A stretch of DNA of 24,000 nucleotides from an uncultured Acidobacteriota bacterium (GCA_951812665.1 CATOST010000029.1:38058-62057); one strand, 5' to 3'. Positions 1 to 8,918 are shown, counted from the first letter of the stretch. Notes: generated by a model from the letters alone, not told the origin. Numbers and translations: made by a program.

Positions 1-1865
1 CCGGCTTTCGGGCGGGAGACGTCACGGCATACTCGCAGGTCATTGCCTCCGGAATGATCATCTGGGGACCGACCCCCGGAAACGACCGTCTGGCGAGTGC
101 CGAAACAATCCCGGGAACTGCCGGATCCATCTCCGGATCGAACCGTTTCGCCACCCTCGAGCGCGGTGAGTGGGGTTCCGTGCTGGGTCATTCATCTCTC
201 TGGTGGATCTATGGAGCCTCCGCTACCGGTTGGTATCGTTTCCGGTTGGACGAAATCGACGGTCCGTGGGTACTGACCGTCTACAAGGAAGGTGGTGACG
301 GGTTCGGGGGGCTTGAGTTCGTCAGAAGCAGCCATCAGCCGGAGGGGGTCGAGTCGGACGGCATCGAGGTGATTTTTCATGCCGAGGAGGGGGGCCGTTA
401 CACGATCCGGCTGGGTGCCCGCGGCCGGGACGGCGGCGGCGAGTTCACGATGCACTGGGGCGAAACCGAAGCGCCCGTCTGGCTCAAGTACGCTGCACGC
501 CTGTCCGACGGCGACCTGGACGCCAGCGGAACTTCGGTGCAGCTCAGCGGGCCGTCCAGTTTGGCATTCAACGGCCGCGGCTCGGCTCTGTACGTGGCGT
601 CGAAGCTGGGACTGCAAGTCTTCGAACGAGATCCGAGGACCGGAGGCCTCACGTTTGTTCAACTATTGGGAGACGACGGTCTCGAAGACGCCTCTCTGAT
701 CTGGGACCCGCATCGAGACCAACTCTATGCCCATCGCTGTGGGACTTGGCGCAGGTTCGCACCGCTCGATGAAACCCAACAGGAACTTGAGGACGAGGGG
801 ACGACTTCGATCAGCGGGGATCCGCCGGACGCCTCCGAGTGCGGCACCGGCGTTTTCGGCGACGTGTTCATGGATGAAGCCGGCTCGTTCGTGAACGCGG
901 TACTTCCCTCCGCAGGTCGGTTGCAGGTCCTGGCCTTGGATGCGGAGGGAGATCTGCGGCATGTTCAGACCGTGGAGGTCTTCGGACTCAATCGTGCCGT
1001 GATCTCCAATGGCGGCAGCCATGTCTACGCGGTCACGGACTTCTCGCTGCTCGTCTTCCGACGCAACGCCAACACGGGTCGACTCACGCAGACGGCGTAT
1101 CGCACAAGTTTGACGTGGCGCGCCGAAGCATTGGCGATCAGCAGCGACGGCCGGAACCTGTTCGTCTTTGACGACAACGGCAAGAGGACCAGAGTTTTCC
1201 AATTGGAAGACGACCCTTCCAATCCACGCGAGCTCGGCATCCTGCCGCCGTTCTGGAGAGAGTCGTGGCCGTGGGACTATTGGAACAACGGTTGCGGATT
1301 CGCCCGGGTCCGAAAGGGGACCCCCGCTGTGGACGTCTTCTGCATGGATATGGCCTTTGGTGTGCAATGCCAGCCGGAATCCGATTCCCTCGAGGCCACC
1401 GACCACGTTGCTCCATGGCAGGCGGACCGCTTCAACAATCCGGTTCCCGAATTCGGTCACACTCGAAACCTCGCCACCAGCCCCGACGGCCGGCACGCGT
1501 ACCTGGATACGGAGGATGCAGGGATTGTGGTCTTCGAGCGTGTGGGCGCCGGAGCCGATCCGTATGTGTTGCTGGGGCCATTCTCGGTGTCGTCCGGGGA
1601 GGTGACTGTCGGTCCCATTTCGAGCAGTGGCTGTATCGGAATGGAGGACGTCGTCTTCAATGGCGTTCACTACGCCGTCGTCAGCTCGAAGTGGCAGAGT
1701 CGAGCGACGCCGAACGCCGAATGGACGGACATCTCAGGGACCGAAACGACCGCGGAAATTTGCGCGTATGCGCCGACACAACCGGGCGAGTACCGGTTGG
1801 TGGCGGAGATCCGGATCGACGGCGAACTCGGCATGTATTCGAGCAACATCATCGTGAAGGAGTGA
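1..1865 (+). CDS. Hypothetical repeat protein, probably 5'-partial: PPC-like (pre-peptidase C-terminal-like) segment followed by lactonase-type beta-propeller blades
   Basis: The tracked ORF is 54..1865 (603 aa). The same frame stays open back to nt 3 and there is no SD before the ATG at 54, so the gene likely starts upstream of the window. The N-terminal part ('GNDRLASAETIPG...WYRFRLDE...YTIRL') looks like a PPC domain. At least 5 repeats of the type 'G(S/R)xLYVA..xGLxVFxRDxxTGxL' (e.g. 'GSALYVASKLGLQVFERDPRTGGLTFVQ', 'GGSHVYAVTDFSLLVFRRNANTGRLTQ', 'DGRHAYLDTEDAGIVVFERVG') are typical of 7-bladed lactonase-like propellers. Confidence 0.75.
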   Translation, partial: GFRAGDVTAYSQVIASGMIIWGPTPGNDRLASAETIPGTAGSISGSNRFATLERGEWGSVLGHSSLWWIYGASATGWYRFRLDEIDGPWVLTVYKEGGDGFGGLEFVRSSHQPEGVESDGIEVIFHAEEGGRYTIRLGARGRDGGGEFTMHWGETEAPVWLKYAARLSDGDLDASGTSVQLSGPSSLAFNGRGSALYVASKLGLQVFERDPRTGGLTFVQLLGDDGLEDASLIWDPHRDQLYAHRCGTWRRFAPLDETQQELEDEGTTSISGDPPDASECGTGVFGDVFMDEAGSFVNAVLPSAGRLQVLALDAEGDLRHVQTVEVFGLNRAVISNGGSHVYAVTDFSLLVFRRNANTGRLTQTAYRTSLTWRAEALAISSDGRNLFVFDDNGKRTRVFQLEDDPSNPRELGILPPFWRESWPWDYWNNGCGFARVRKGTPAVDVFCMDMAFGVQCQPESDSLEATDHVAPWQADRFNNPVPEFGHTRNLATSPDGRHAYLDTEDAGIVVFERVGAGADPYVLLGPFSVSSGEVTVGPISSSGCIGMEDVVFNGVHYAVVSSKWQSRATPNAEWTDISGTETTAEICAYAPTQPGEYRLVAEIRIDGELGMYSSNIIVKE

Positions 1866-2155
1866 GGGCGAATCTCCCTCTGCCGGAGTTTCAATATGCG
1901 GAGACTGAGTTGTGTGGTCCGGTCGAGGAGTCGTTCCAGGCTTGGCTCAGGGCCATTCCGTCGCACCAGGACACGAACAGAAAACGTTCGCCTCTGAAGG
2001 CACGGAACATCCGCGGAGCAGATAGGCTTCGCCGACTGACGTCCGCCAACTGGAATTGGCGGACATAGTCCCCCAGCCACACGTGTTTGAGACGAGCCCC
2101 ACAAGCCTCCCACGGCGGGGACTCCGGGCGACCGGGGATTCTCCCTCCGTCCGGA

Positions 2156-2953
2156 TCAGCGGACCGAGGGCAGCAGCCGGGTCACGTGGGGTCCGCGGGC
2201 GATGAACTCTTCGGCGTAGCGGCACCCGCTGAACAGTCCGTAGTGGCCCTCCACGCTCTCCAAGCGGCGATTCAGGTACTCGGGTGTGGAGTAACCCTTG
2301 CCCTGGTACTTCTGGGTGGCGAAGGCCTTGAGCGCCTCCCGCTTCTGGTCCACGACGCTCTCGATGTCCATGATGTGGGTGGCCGCCACGCCCACGGTGC
2401 CGCGGTTGATCCGTACGTCGCGCCGGTCCTGGGTGCCGTAGTAGTAGACGGTCGGCACGTCGTAAGGCTCCAAACGCGAACCCTCCAGCCACCGCGCGGC
2501 GGTGACAATGGCCCGGACAGAGGCGTCTCCCACGGCCGGGTGGTCGTGATGGTTCTGCTCGGTGCGGTGATGGGTGATGAGGATGTTGGGCCGAACCGTC
2601 CGGTAGAGCTCCGCCAAGCGTAGGATGACGCTGCGAGTGATCACGAAGGGCTCGTCGTCCTCTCCCAGGAAGTGGGTCGCGGTGGCGTCGACCGCCCGGG
2701 CGGCGGCTTCGAACTCCTGCTTTTTCTCCTGGATGATCTCCTGGAGCAGCCGAGCCTCCGCCGCCTCGTCCAGAGCCTCCTGTTTGTCGTCGTAGATGCT
2801 GGGGGCGTGGGAGCGGGCTCCGTGGGTCACGGAAGCCACGTGCACCTGGTCTCCGCGTTGGCGGTGCAGGGCGATGGTGCCGCCGGCCAGATCGAAGGCG
2901 TCGGCCGGGTGGGCCGTGATCACGAGCAGGGTCTTGGTCTTTCCGTCTGTCAT
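2156..2953 (-). CDS. PIG-L/LmbE family deacetylase (265 aa)
   Basis: This is the C-terminal 265 aa of tracked ORF 2156..3376. The sequence starts 'MTDGKTKTLLVITAHPADAFDLAGGTIA' (AHPDD-like motif) and later has 'HHDHPAVG' (HxDH). The ATG at 2951-2953 is preceded on the minus strand by cAGGAGaatccacATG, a good SD. The upstream 141 codons of the tracked ORF look non-coding. Confidence 0.85.
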   Translation of the reverse strand: MTDGKTKTLLVITAHPADAFDLAGGTIALHRQRGDQVHVASVTHGARSHAPSIYDDKQEALDEAAEARLLQEIIQEKKQEFEAAARAVDATATHFLGEDDEPFVITRSVILRLAELYRTVRPNILITHHRTEQNHHDHPAVGDASVRAIVTAARWLEGSRLEPYDVPTVYYYGTQDRRDVRINRGTVGVAATHIMDIESVVDQKREALKAFATQKYQGKGYSTPEYLNRRLESVEGHYGLFSGCRYAEEFIARGPHVTRLLPSVR

Positions 2954-3118
2954 GTGGATTCTCCTGAATCGGTTCCAATGGACTGGAACGCCGCCATCCG
3001 CGAGTTCTCCCGGACCCGTCGGTTCACGCTGGGATGAACATGGCCCAAGACGGCTGGTCACCGCGGAGAATTCACGATAGCGAAGCCCCCAATACGTGTC
3101 AAACTCGCGGCCTGGAGC

Positions 3119-3258
3119 GGCGACTTTCTTGTCGCCGACAGGGGGGCAGTGGGGACGAAGTCCCCACTGTACGCTTACCGGCCACCGAATCGTATGGCAG
3201 CACAGAAGAGCAGGCGACAAGTAAGTCGCCTGTCCCAATAGGCGGCAAGAAAGCCGCC
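3119..3258 (+). promoter_or_regulatory. Cluster of four GC-stem hairpins / inverted repeats in a divergent intergenic region (candidate operators or structured 5' leader)
   Basis: Four elements are present: GGCGAC-TTTCTT-GTCGCC (3119-3136); a 10-bp stem CAGTGGGGAC-GAA-GTCCCCACTG (3147-3169); CAGGCGAC-AAGTAA-GTCGCCTG (3211-3232); and GGCGGC-AAGAAA-GCCGCC (3241-3258). None is followed by a U-tract. Confidence 0.3.
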
Positions 3259-3314
3259 GCTCCCGCAAAAAAGGCCACCGCCCGGGTAGGGTAAAGGAGG
3301 TTCCGGACCATAAT

Positions 3315-4760
3315 ATGTGGCTCGTGGATTCTAAAGGCGCTTCGAAACTCGCGGCAGCGGCACTCCTGCCGATCACCGGCGCCGTCTATCTCAACTCGTT
3401 CCCGGCGGCCTTCCACTTCGACGACTACGCGCTGATCCTGGAAAGCCCCCTGGTGACCGAGCGCTTCGACTACGGGACTTTTCTGGAACAGTACGGCGCC
3501 CGACCCCTGACGCTATGGACCTTCCATCTGAACTACCTGATGTCCGGTCCCCAGCCCTGGGCCTTTCACCTGGTGAGCGTTCTGCTTCATCTGGCGGTCG
3601 TGGTGGTCCTCTTTCTTCTGGTACTGGAGCGGTTCCGACACCCGGGCCTGGCACTGACCACGGCTCTGCTGTTCGGTCTTCATCCGCTGCAGACACAGGC
3701 CGTGAATTACGTCTGGGCCCGCTCGGTGCTACTCATGAGCGCCTTCGGTCTCGCGGCGCTCCTGCTGGCCGCGCGGCGCCCCTGGGCCGCGGTCGTCTGC
3801 TTTCAACTGGCGCTCTGGAGCCGTGCCGAAGCCGCCATGCTGCTCCCTTTTCTCTGGGTGCTGAATCCGGGACGGTGGCGGTGGTGGGCCGGCTTGAGCC
3901 TGGCAAACGGGTTGGCTCTCGCCTGGTCGCTGGTCAAGTACTCCCCAGCAGGATTGGCGTGGAACCATCCCGACCCGGTCGGCTATTGGTTGTTGCAGCC
4001 GTTGATGTTCTGGAAGGGGCTGGGATTGTTTCTTTGGCCGGCCAACTTGAACCTGGACCATCAGGTCTCCGCGCCGCACCTGCTCCTGACGGTCATCTCG
4101 GCGGCGGCGATCATCATCGCGGCTGTCGGGCTGCTCGGCTCGGGTTGGCGCCGCTCCCCATTGGGGACCGGTCTGCTCTGGGTCCTGGCTTTCAGCTTGC
4201 CGGCCTGGGTCCTGCCCAATCTCGACCCCTTCAGTGAGTCTCGTCTCTACCTGCCAGTAGCCGGGTTCGCCCTGATGGCGGCCTGGGTGCTGTTTCAACT
4301 CCGGCCGCAGGGACGTTGGCGGAACCGGGTTCAATGGGTGGGAATCGGGATCCTGGCGGCTCTCCTAATTCCGCCGACGCTGGCGCGCAACCGGATCTGG
4401 AACGACGACCTTTTACTCTGGCGCGACACGGTGGCCAAGAGTCCCGGCAAGGCGCGTCCTCGCTACAACCTGGGAGTCGCGCTGCTCCGGGAAGGCCAAG
4501 TCGGGAAGGCGGGCGAGTCGTTCCGCGCCGCGGTGTCCCTCGACCCGGAAGACGACTACAACTGGGCTGCCCTGGGGTACCTGTCAGAGTTGGAAGGGGA
4601 CCGGGCCGGTGCCCGGGCCCACTACGGCCGCGCCGTGCGAATGAACCCCGGCAACCGGTACGCTCATGAGGGCCTGAAACGGGTCGGCGAAAGTGGACCG
4701 GAGCGACCGGCCGGTCGACCGCCGGCACCCGATTCAGGTTCGAATCAGCCTCAGAAGTAG
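3315..4760 (+). CDS. TMTC/PMT-like integral membrane glycosyltransferase-type protein with C-terminal TPR repeats (481 aa)
   Basis: The N-terminus 'LNSFPAAFHFDDYALILESPLV' is followed by about 9 hydrophobic segments. The C-terminal 'ARPRYNLGVALLREGQVGKAGESFRAAVSLDPEDDYNWAALGYLSELEGDRAGARAHYGRAVRMNPGNRYAHEGL' reads as 3 TPR units. An AAGGAGG sits 14 nt upstream of the ATG. Confidence 0.85.
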   Translation: MWLVDSKGASKLAAAALLPITGAVYLNSFPAAFHFDDYALILESPLVTERFDYGTFLEQYGARPLTLWTFHLNYLMSGPQPWAFHLVSVLLHLAVVVVLFLLVLERFRHPGLALTTALLFGLHPLQTQAVNYVWARSVLLMSAFGLAALLLAARRPWAAVVCFQLALWSRAEAAMLLPFLWVLNPGRWRWWAGLSLANGLALAWSLVKYSPAGLAWNHPDPVGYWLLQPLMFWKGLGLFLWPANLNLDHQVSAPHLLLTVISAAAIIIAAVGLLGSGWRRSPLGTGLLWVLAFSLPAWVLPNLDPFSESRLYLPVAGFALMAAWVLFQLRPQGRWRNRVQWVGIGILAALLIPPTLARNRIWNDDLLLWRDTVAKSPGKARPRYNLGVALLREGQVGKAGESFRAAVSLDPEDDYNWAALGYLSELEGDRAGARAHYGRAVRMNPGNRYAHEGLKRVGESGPERPAGRPPAPDSGSNQPQK

Positions 4761-5329
4761 GCTGGCTCGTTGCCCGGCTTCCACTTGATGTTGCAACCCA
4801 GGCTGGGGCGCTGTTCCGGATCGGGGGTGTCCCCGGCCAGAACCACGTCGAGGGCTCCTCTCAGGTCTTCGCCGGTCACCGGTGTGCCGGTTCCCGGCCG
4901 GCTGTCGTCCAACTGCCCCCGGTAGGCCAGCCGCCGGTCCTGGTCGAAGAGGAAGAAGTCCGGCGTGCAGGCTGCCGTATACGCCTGGGCGATCTCCTGA
5001 GTCTCATCGAAGCAATAGGGGAACTGGTACCCATGCTCCTGGGCCATGCTCTTCAGCTCGCCGGGGGCGTCTCCCGGGTAGGCGTCCACGTCGTTGGCGG
5101 CGATGGCCACCACGCCCACGTCGCGCGCCTGGTACTCGTTCCCCAGCCGGGCCAACTCCTCCTGGACATGGACAACGTAGGGACAGTGTTTGCAGATGAA
5201 CATGACCAACAGGGCCTTGTTCCCCGAGAAGCTGTCCAGCGAAACGGTTTCACCCGTGGTCACGTCCGGCAACTGGAAGTCCGGGGCCTCGGTGCCCAGA
5301 CCCAGCATGGTCGATGCAGTCAATACCAT
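4751..5329 (-). CDS. Thioredoxin-fold (AhpC/TSA-redoxin-like) thiol-disulfide oxidoreductase (192 aa)
   Basis: The sequence 'GTEAPDFQLPDVTTGETVSLDSFSGNKALLVMFICKHCPYV' carries a CxxC motif (CKHC). The start at 5327-5329 is preceded on the minus strand by aAAGGAGcatagcaATG. The tracked ORF start at 5398 lacks an SD. Confidence 0.85.
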   Translation of the reverse strand: MVLTASTMLGLGTEAPDFQLPDVTTGETVSLDSFSGNKALLVMFICKHCPYVVHVQEELARLGNEYQARDVGVVAIAANDVDAYPGDAPGELKSMAQEHGYQFPYCFDETQEIAQAYTAACTPDFFLFDQDRRLAYRGQLDDSRPGTGTPVTGEDLRGALDVVLAGDTPDPEQRPSLGCNIKWKPGNEPAYF

Positions 5330-5357
5330 TGCTATGCTCCTTTCGTATCTCAGCGGA

Positions 5358-6335
5358 TCAGAGGGGCAGGACGGTTCCCACCCCTTGGTCCGATGCACTC
5401 GTGTAGATCAACTGGGCGGCGGCCACGTCTTCCGCGCCGAGTCCCAGGTTGACGGATATGATCCGTTGCTCCTCTTTCTGGCGTCCTCCCCGTCCCCGGA
5501 CCACGTCTCCCAGGTCTGAAAGCCGGTCGGGAAGGCCTTCGAAATATCCCACCCCGCGATAGTAGTCGAGCTGGGCCACGTCGTCCGTCACCAGCAGGTC
5601 GGCGGCGTGAAAGGCCGCCGGCGTCACGTAGCAGTCGAAGTCCAGGACGCAGACGAAGACCCCGTCCGCGAGCCAGTCGGGTTCGATCACGGGCGTGGGC
5701 GGACGCGGCATGGGGCCTGCGGTGACCACCACGTCCGCGGCCTGGACGGCCTGCCGGGGAGAAGCACAGACCGTACACGAGAGACCGTGACGTTCCACGC
5801 CCGCCCGGGCGAAGCTGTGCGCCGCTTCCAGGCGAGTGTCGTAGACACGGACGTCCCGGAGGTCTGGCAGGACCACCGTCAGCGCCTCCAGGTTGGATCG
5901 GCCCTGGATGCCGCACCCCAGGATGGCGGCCGTGAGAGCGTCGCGGCGGGCCAGATGGCGCGCCGCGACACCGGTGGCCGCGCCGGTCCTGACGGCCGTG
6001 ATCCAGGTGGCGTCCATCACCGCCAGGGGGACTCCGGATTCGGGGTCGTTCAGGACCACGAGACCCGTGATGTAGGGGAGACCGCGCGCCGAGTTTCCGG
6101 GATAGCCTCCGACCCACTTCATTCCGGCGGCTCCCGTGGTTCTAACGTACGCCGGCATGGCGTGGATGAAGGCGTCGGGACGGGTGTGGATTCCCGGCTT
6201 CGGCGGCATCTCCACGTTCCCTGATCCCTTCTGGATCAGGGTTTCCTCCACTACCTCGATGATGCGGGCCATGGACAGAGCAAGCCGCTCGATGTCCGCT
6301 CGCGACAGGTACAAGAGGTCCCCGGTCGTCGCCAC
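5358..6335 (-). CDS. Ornithine cyclodeaminase / mu-crystallin family NAD(P)-dependent enzyme (325 aa, GTG start)
   Basis: The family pattern holds along the full length: 'MPPKPGIH', 'AMPAY', 'GMKWVGGYPGN', 'ITGLVVLNDPESGVPLAVMDATWITAVRTGAATGVAARHLAR', and a Rossmann motif 'ILGCGIQG'. Confidence 0.9.
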   Translation of the reverse strand: MATTGDLLYLSRADIERLALSMARIIEVVEETLIQKGSGNVEMPPKPGIHTRPDAFIHAMPAYVRTTGAAGMKWVGGYPGNSARGLPYITGLVVLNDPESGVPLAVMDATWITAVRTGAATGVAARHLARRDALTAAILGCGIQGRSNLEALTVVLPDLRDVRVYDTRLEAAHSFARAGVERHGLSCTVCASPRQAVQAADVVVTAGPMPRPPTPVIEPDWLADGVFVCVLDFDCYVTPAAFHAADLLVTDDVAQLDYYRGVGYFEGLPDRLSDLGDVVRGRGGRQKEEQRIISVNLGLGAEDVAAAQLIYTSASDQGVGTVLPL

Positions 6336-6416
6336 GATGCTGGAAGCTCCCTCGGATATGCTAGTTCCGGACCGGCCACCGGCACGCCTGAGGGCGGGGT
6401 CCCGGTCCGGTTCAGT

Positions 6417-7511
6417 TCACTGCACGGCGCCCCGGGCACTCACCCGCCATTCGGTCACCACCTCGTCGTCCCGGATGCCGTAGATGCGGTTGTGCATGTT
6501 CACACAGGCGCAAACATGATTGGGGATGACTCGAACCCGGTCCCCGACCCGGTATCGTCGGATGGCATTGGCCAGCACCAGATGGCCGTGTTCCTCGGAA
6601 AGGTATTCCACGACCGCACCCGGATCTCCCATCACGTGACCGAATCCCACGCCGTCGCCGGAGAGGAACTTGTCGCTGGAGAAGGTCTTGCTGCCGCCGT
6701 CGATGGCGGCCTTGCCGGGAACGCTGGTGCTCACGACGGTGGACAGGACGGAAACGGCGCAGTCTTCCAGTCCGGCGGCCTGGCAACCGATGGTGTTCCG
6801 GTCATTGAAGATGTAGGTGCCCGGACGAACCTCGTTGATGTTGTCGAACTGGTGCGACATGTAGGCCGTCGGGGTGGAACTGGCGCTGATGACCGGGTAG
6901 GGAATCCTGGCGTCGTCCAGCAGGCCCAGCAAAGTCGACAACTGCCGGTTCTCCAGCGTCAGAAGCTGATTGCGACGCTCCGGGTCCACCAGGAAATGCC
7001 CGGGATAGATCAGCAACCCCTCGTAATCCAGAGCCGGCAGTTCGACGATCCGCTCCAGCACGCCGATGGACTCGCGGGCGATGGCCAAGCCGCAACGCCG
7101 CATCCCGGTGTCGAACTCCACCAGGATGGGAATCCGGACCCCCGCTTCGCGCGCATGCCTGGAGATGCCCTGGGCCACCTCCAGCGAATCCAATGCCACC
7201 GAAATGCGGGCGCGGCGGGCCAGGGAGACCAGTCGCTCCCACTTGATCTCTCCATAGACCGGATACGCCAGCAGGACGTCCTCGATCCCGCCGTCCACCA
7301 TGACCTCGGCCTCGCCCAGCTTGGCCACGGTGACCCCCACCGCGCCCTTCCTGACCTGGAGCTGCGCCAATTCAGGAATCTTGTGGGTCTTGACGTGGGG
7401 CCTCAGATTGAGGCGGTGTTCCCGGCAGTAACCGGCCAATCGGTCCAGGTTCGCGGTCATGATATCGACTTCGACCAGGACCGAAGGTGTGTCCAGCCCG
7501 TCCAGTTTCAT
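6417..7511 (-). CDS. DSD1 / D-threonine-aldolase-like PLP enzyme (alanine racemase N-terminal fold, 364 aa)
   Basis: The sequence 'DTPSVLVEVDIMTANLDRLAGYCREHRLNLRPHVKTHKIPELAQLQ' contains the PLP-lysine motif HVKTHK of the D-serine dehydratase-like / D-TA family, followed by 'GVTVAKLGEAEVM'. Confidence 0.85.
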   Translation of the reverse strand: MKLDGLDTPSVLVEVDIMTANLDRLAGYCREHRLNLRPHVKTHKIPELAQLQVRKGAVGVTVAKLGEAEVMVDGGIEDVLLAYPVYGEIKWERLVSLARRARISVALDSLEVAQGISRHAREAGVRIPILVEFDTGMRRCGLAIARESIGVLERIVELPALDYEGLLIYPGHFLVDPERRNQLLTLENRQLSTLLGLLDDARIPYPVISASSTPTAYMSHQFDNINEVRPGTYIFNDRNTIGCQAAGLEDCAVSVLSTVVSTSVPGKAAIDGGSKTFSSDKFLSGDGVGFGHVMGDPGAVVEYLSEEHGHLVLANAIRRYRVGDRVRVIPNHVCACVNMHNRIYGIRDDEVVTEWRVSARGAVQ

Positions 7512-7569
7512 GGTCTATTCTCTGCAGCAGCCCAGCGGTGTTCCGACCGATTCCGGCCCAGATCCCGAA

Positions 7570-8637
7570 TCAGCCGATGCTCAGCATCCGTTGGATGGCT
7601 CCCAGGGAGGCCCGGCGGATCGGCTCCGGCACCTCCACTTCGTAGACCTCATGCTCCAGGCTGTGAAGGATCTTCTCGAGACTGATTCTACGCATGTGGC
7701 GGCAGAAGATGCTGCAGGTTCTGACGAACTCCACCTGCGGGAATTCGGTGGCCAGATTCGCCGACATTTCACACTCGGTGGCCATGTAGACGCGGCGCAG
7801 CTCGGCGTGATTCTTCACGTAACCGGCCATCTGGGAGGTGCTGCCGTAGAAGTCGGCCTCTTCCAGGACCTCGGGCAGGCACTCCCAGTGCACCAGGACC
7901 GCGGCGTCGCTCGCTCCCCGGGGAATGTCGTATTGCTTCCGGATGTCCCGGATGTGGCTGGCGGTGAACTTCTCGTGGACCTCGCAGCGACCGAAGTTGC
8001 GGTCATACTTGCCCGGATAGATCAGATCCAGATCGGATCCCCTCCGGACCAGTTCCTGTTGCAGGTTCTCTCCCATCAGGGAATCGGGGAGGAAGACCAC
8101 ATGGTCCGTACCGAATTCCCGAGCCGCATGCTCGATGACCTTGAGCCCGTTCGCGGAGGTGCAGCAGTAGTCGGATTCGGCTTTGATCTCGGCGTAGCTG
8201 TTGATGTAGGTGACCACCGGAGCGTTGGGATAACGCTTTCGATAGAACCTCACGTCCTCGGCCGAGAAGGGGTCCGCCAAACTGCACCCCGCCTTCAGGT
8301 CCGCGATCAGCACCTTCTTTTCCGGATTCAGGATCTTGGCCGTCTCCGCCATGAAGAGGACGCCGTCGAAGAGGATGACGGGTTTGTCCGACTTGGCGGC
8401 GTAGCGGCTCAGCGCCAACGAATCGCCTCTCTCGCCTTCGCCGGACAGATGGAAGACCAGCGGCTCCATGTAGTTGTGGCCCAGGATCAGGACGTTCTTG
8501 AGTTCCCGCAGATAGAGGATCCGCTCGATGATGTCCTTCTTGCCGAGGAATTCCAGATGCTGATCGGGATGCGGCCGCAGGGACCTGCTGATCGACTCCA
8601 ACCGGTCTTTATAGGTCTCCGTGGTTGTTGATGGCAT
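7570..8637 (-). CDS. nadA: Quinolinate synthase NadA (355 aa)
   Basis: NadA signatures are present: 'ILGHNYM', 'GDSLALS', 'KAGCSLADPFSAEDV', 'VVTYINSYAEIKAESDYCCTSANG', 'VFLPDSLMG', 'CEVHEKF' and 'CSIFCRHMRRISLEKI', which include the three Fe-S cysteine regions. Confidence 0.9.
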   Translation of the reverse strand: MPSTTTETYKDRLESISRSLRPHPDQHLEFLGKKDIIERILYLRELKNVLILGHNYMEPLVFHLSGEGERGDSLALSRYAAKSDKPVILFDGVLFMAETAKILNPEKKVLIADLKAGCSLADPFSAEDVRFYRKRYPNAPVVTYINSYAEIKAESDYCCTSANGLKVIEHAAREFGTDHVVFLPDSLMGENLQQELVRRGSDLDLIYPGKYDRNFGRCEVHEKFTASHIRDIRKQYDIPRGASDAAVLVHWECLPEVLEEADFYGSTSQMAGYVKNHAELRRVYMATECEMSANLATEFPQVEFVRTCSIFCRHMRRISLEKILHSLEHEVYEVEVPEPIRRASLGAIQRMLSIG

Positions 8638-8662
8638 ACTTCAGCGTCGTTCGGACGATCAG

Positions 8663-8890
8663 CTAGTTGGCGAGTTGCCCGCACATCCCTCGTTGAGGCG
8701 CTCCACAGCCGCAGGGACCGGTTTCCTTGAAGCCGGATTCCATGGACCCGCCGCCGACGGCGAATGAGGAGAAAAGCTGCTCGAAGCGGTCTCCGCTGCA
8801 ACTGGGACACTCGGCATCGCTCTGGGTGCCCAGGACGATCTGCTCGAAATGAGTGTCGCAATCCAGACAGCGGTATTCATAAATCGGCAT
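8663..8890 (-). CDS. FmdB-family (CxxC_CxxC_SSSS) putative regulatory zinc-ribbon protein (75 aa)
   Basis: 'MPIYEYRCLDCDTHFEQIVLGTQSDAECPSCSGDRFEQLFS' is the canonical N-terminus and double CxxC of the family. I chose the start at 8888-8890; the tracked ORF begins 6 codons earlier. Confidence 0.8.
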   Translation of the reverse strand: MPIYEYRCLDCDTHFEQIVLGTQSDAECPSCSGDRFEQLFSSFAVGGGSMESGFKETGPCGCGAPQRGMCGQLAN

Positions 8891-8918
8891 TGCACGATTA
8901 TACCGCAACTGGCTGGAG

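Noticed and set aside
2041-2064. A strong 9-bp hairpin, GTCCGCCAA-CTGGAA-TTGGCGGAC, in the convergent intergenic region, considered as a bidirectional intrinsic terminator.
   Set aside because: There is no U-tract on either strand after the stem. It lies 175 nt from one gene end and 92 nt from the other. It may be structural, but it cannot be called a rho-independent terminator from sequence.
2954-3376. N-terminal extensions in the ORF track: 2156..3376, 4751..5398, 8663..8908, 11148..12683, 15769..16692, 18827..19348 and 20846..22555.
   Set aside because: In each case the conserved protein begins at an internal start codon that has a better SD or that coincides with the family N-terminus. 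The extra upstream codons run through intergenic-looking sequence or through an upstream gene in another frame.
6492-8631. Very long ORFs antisense to real genes. Examples are 6492..7685 and 7459..8631 (opposite the DSD1-like gene and nadA), 20840..22033 (opposite the glmL-like gene), 11289..12407 (opposite trkA), 14335..15525 (opposite obg), 1947..2978 and 663..1670.
   Set aside because: Their translations are Arg/Gly/Pro/Ala-rich and low in complexity, with no family motifs. The opposite strand in each case carries a clearly recognisable protein. Long stop-free antisense frames are expected in high-GC DNA.
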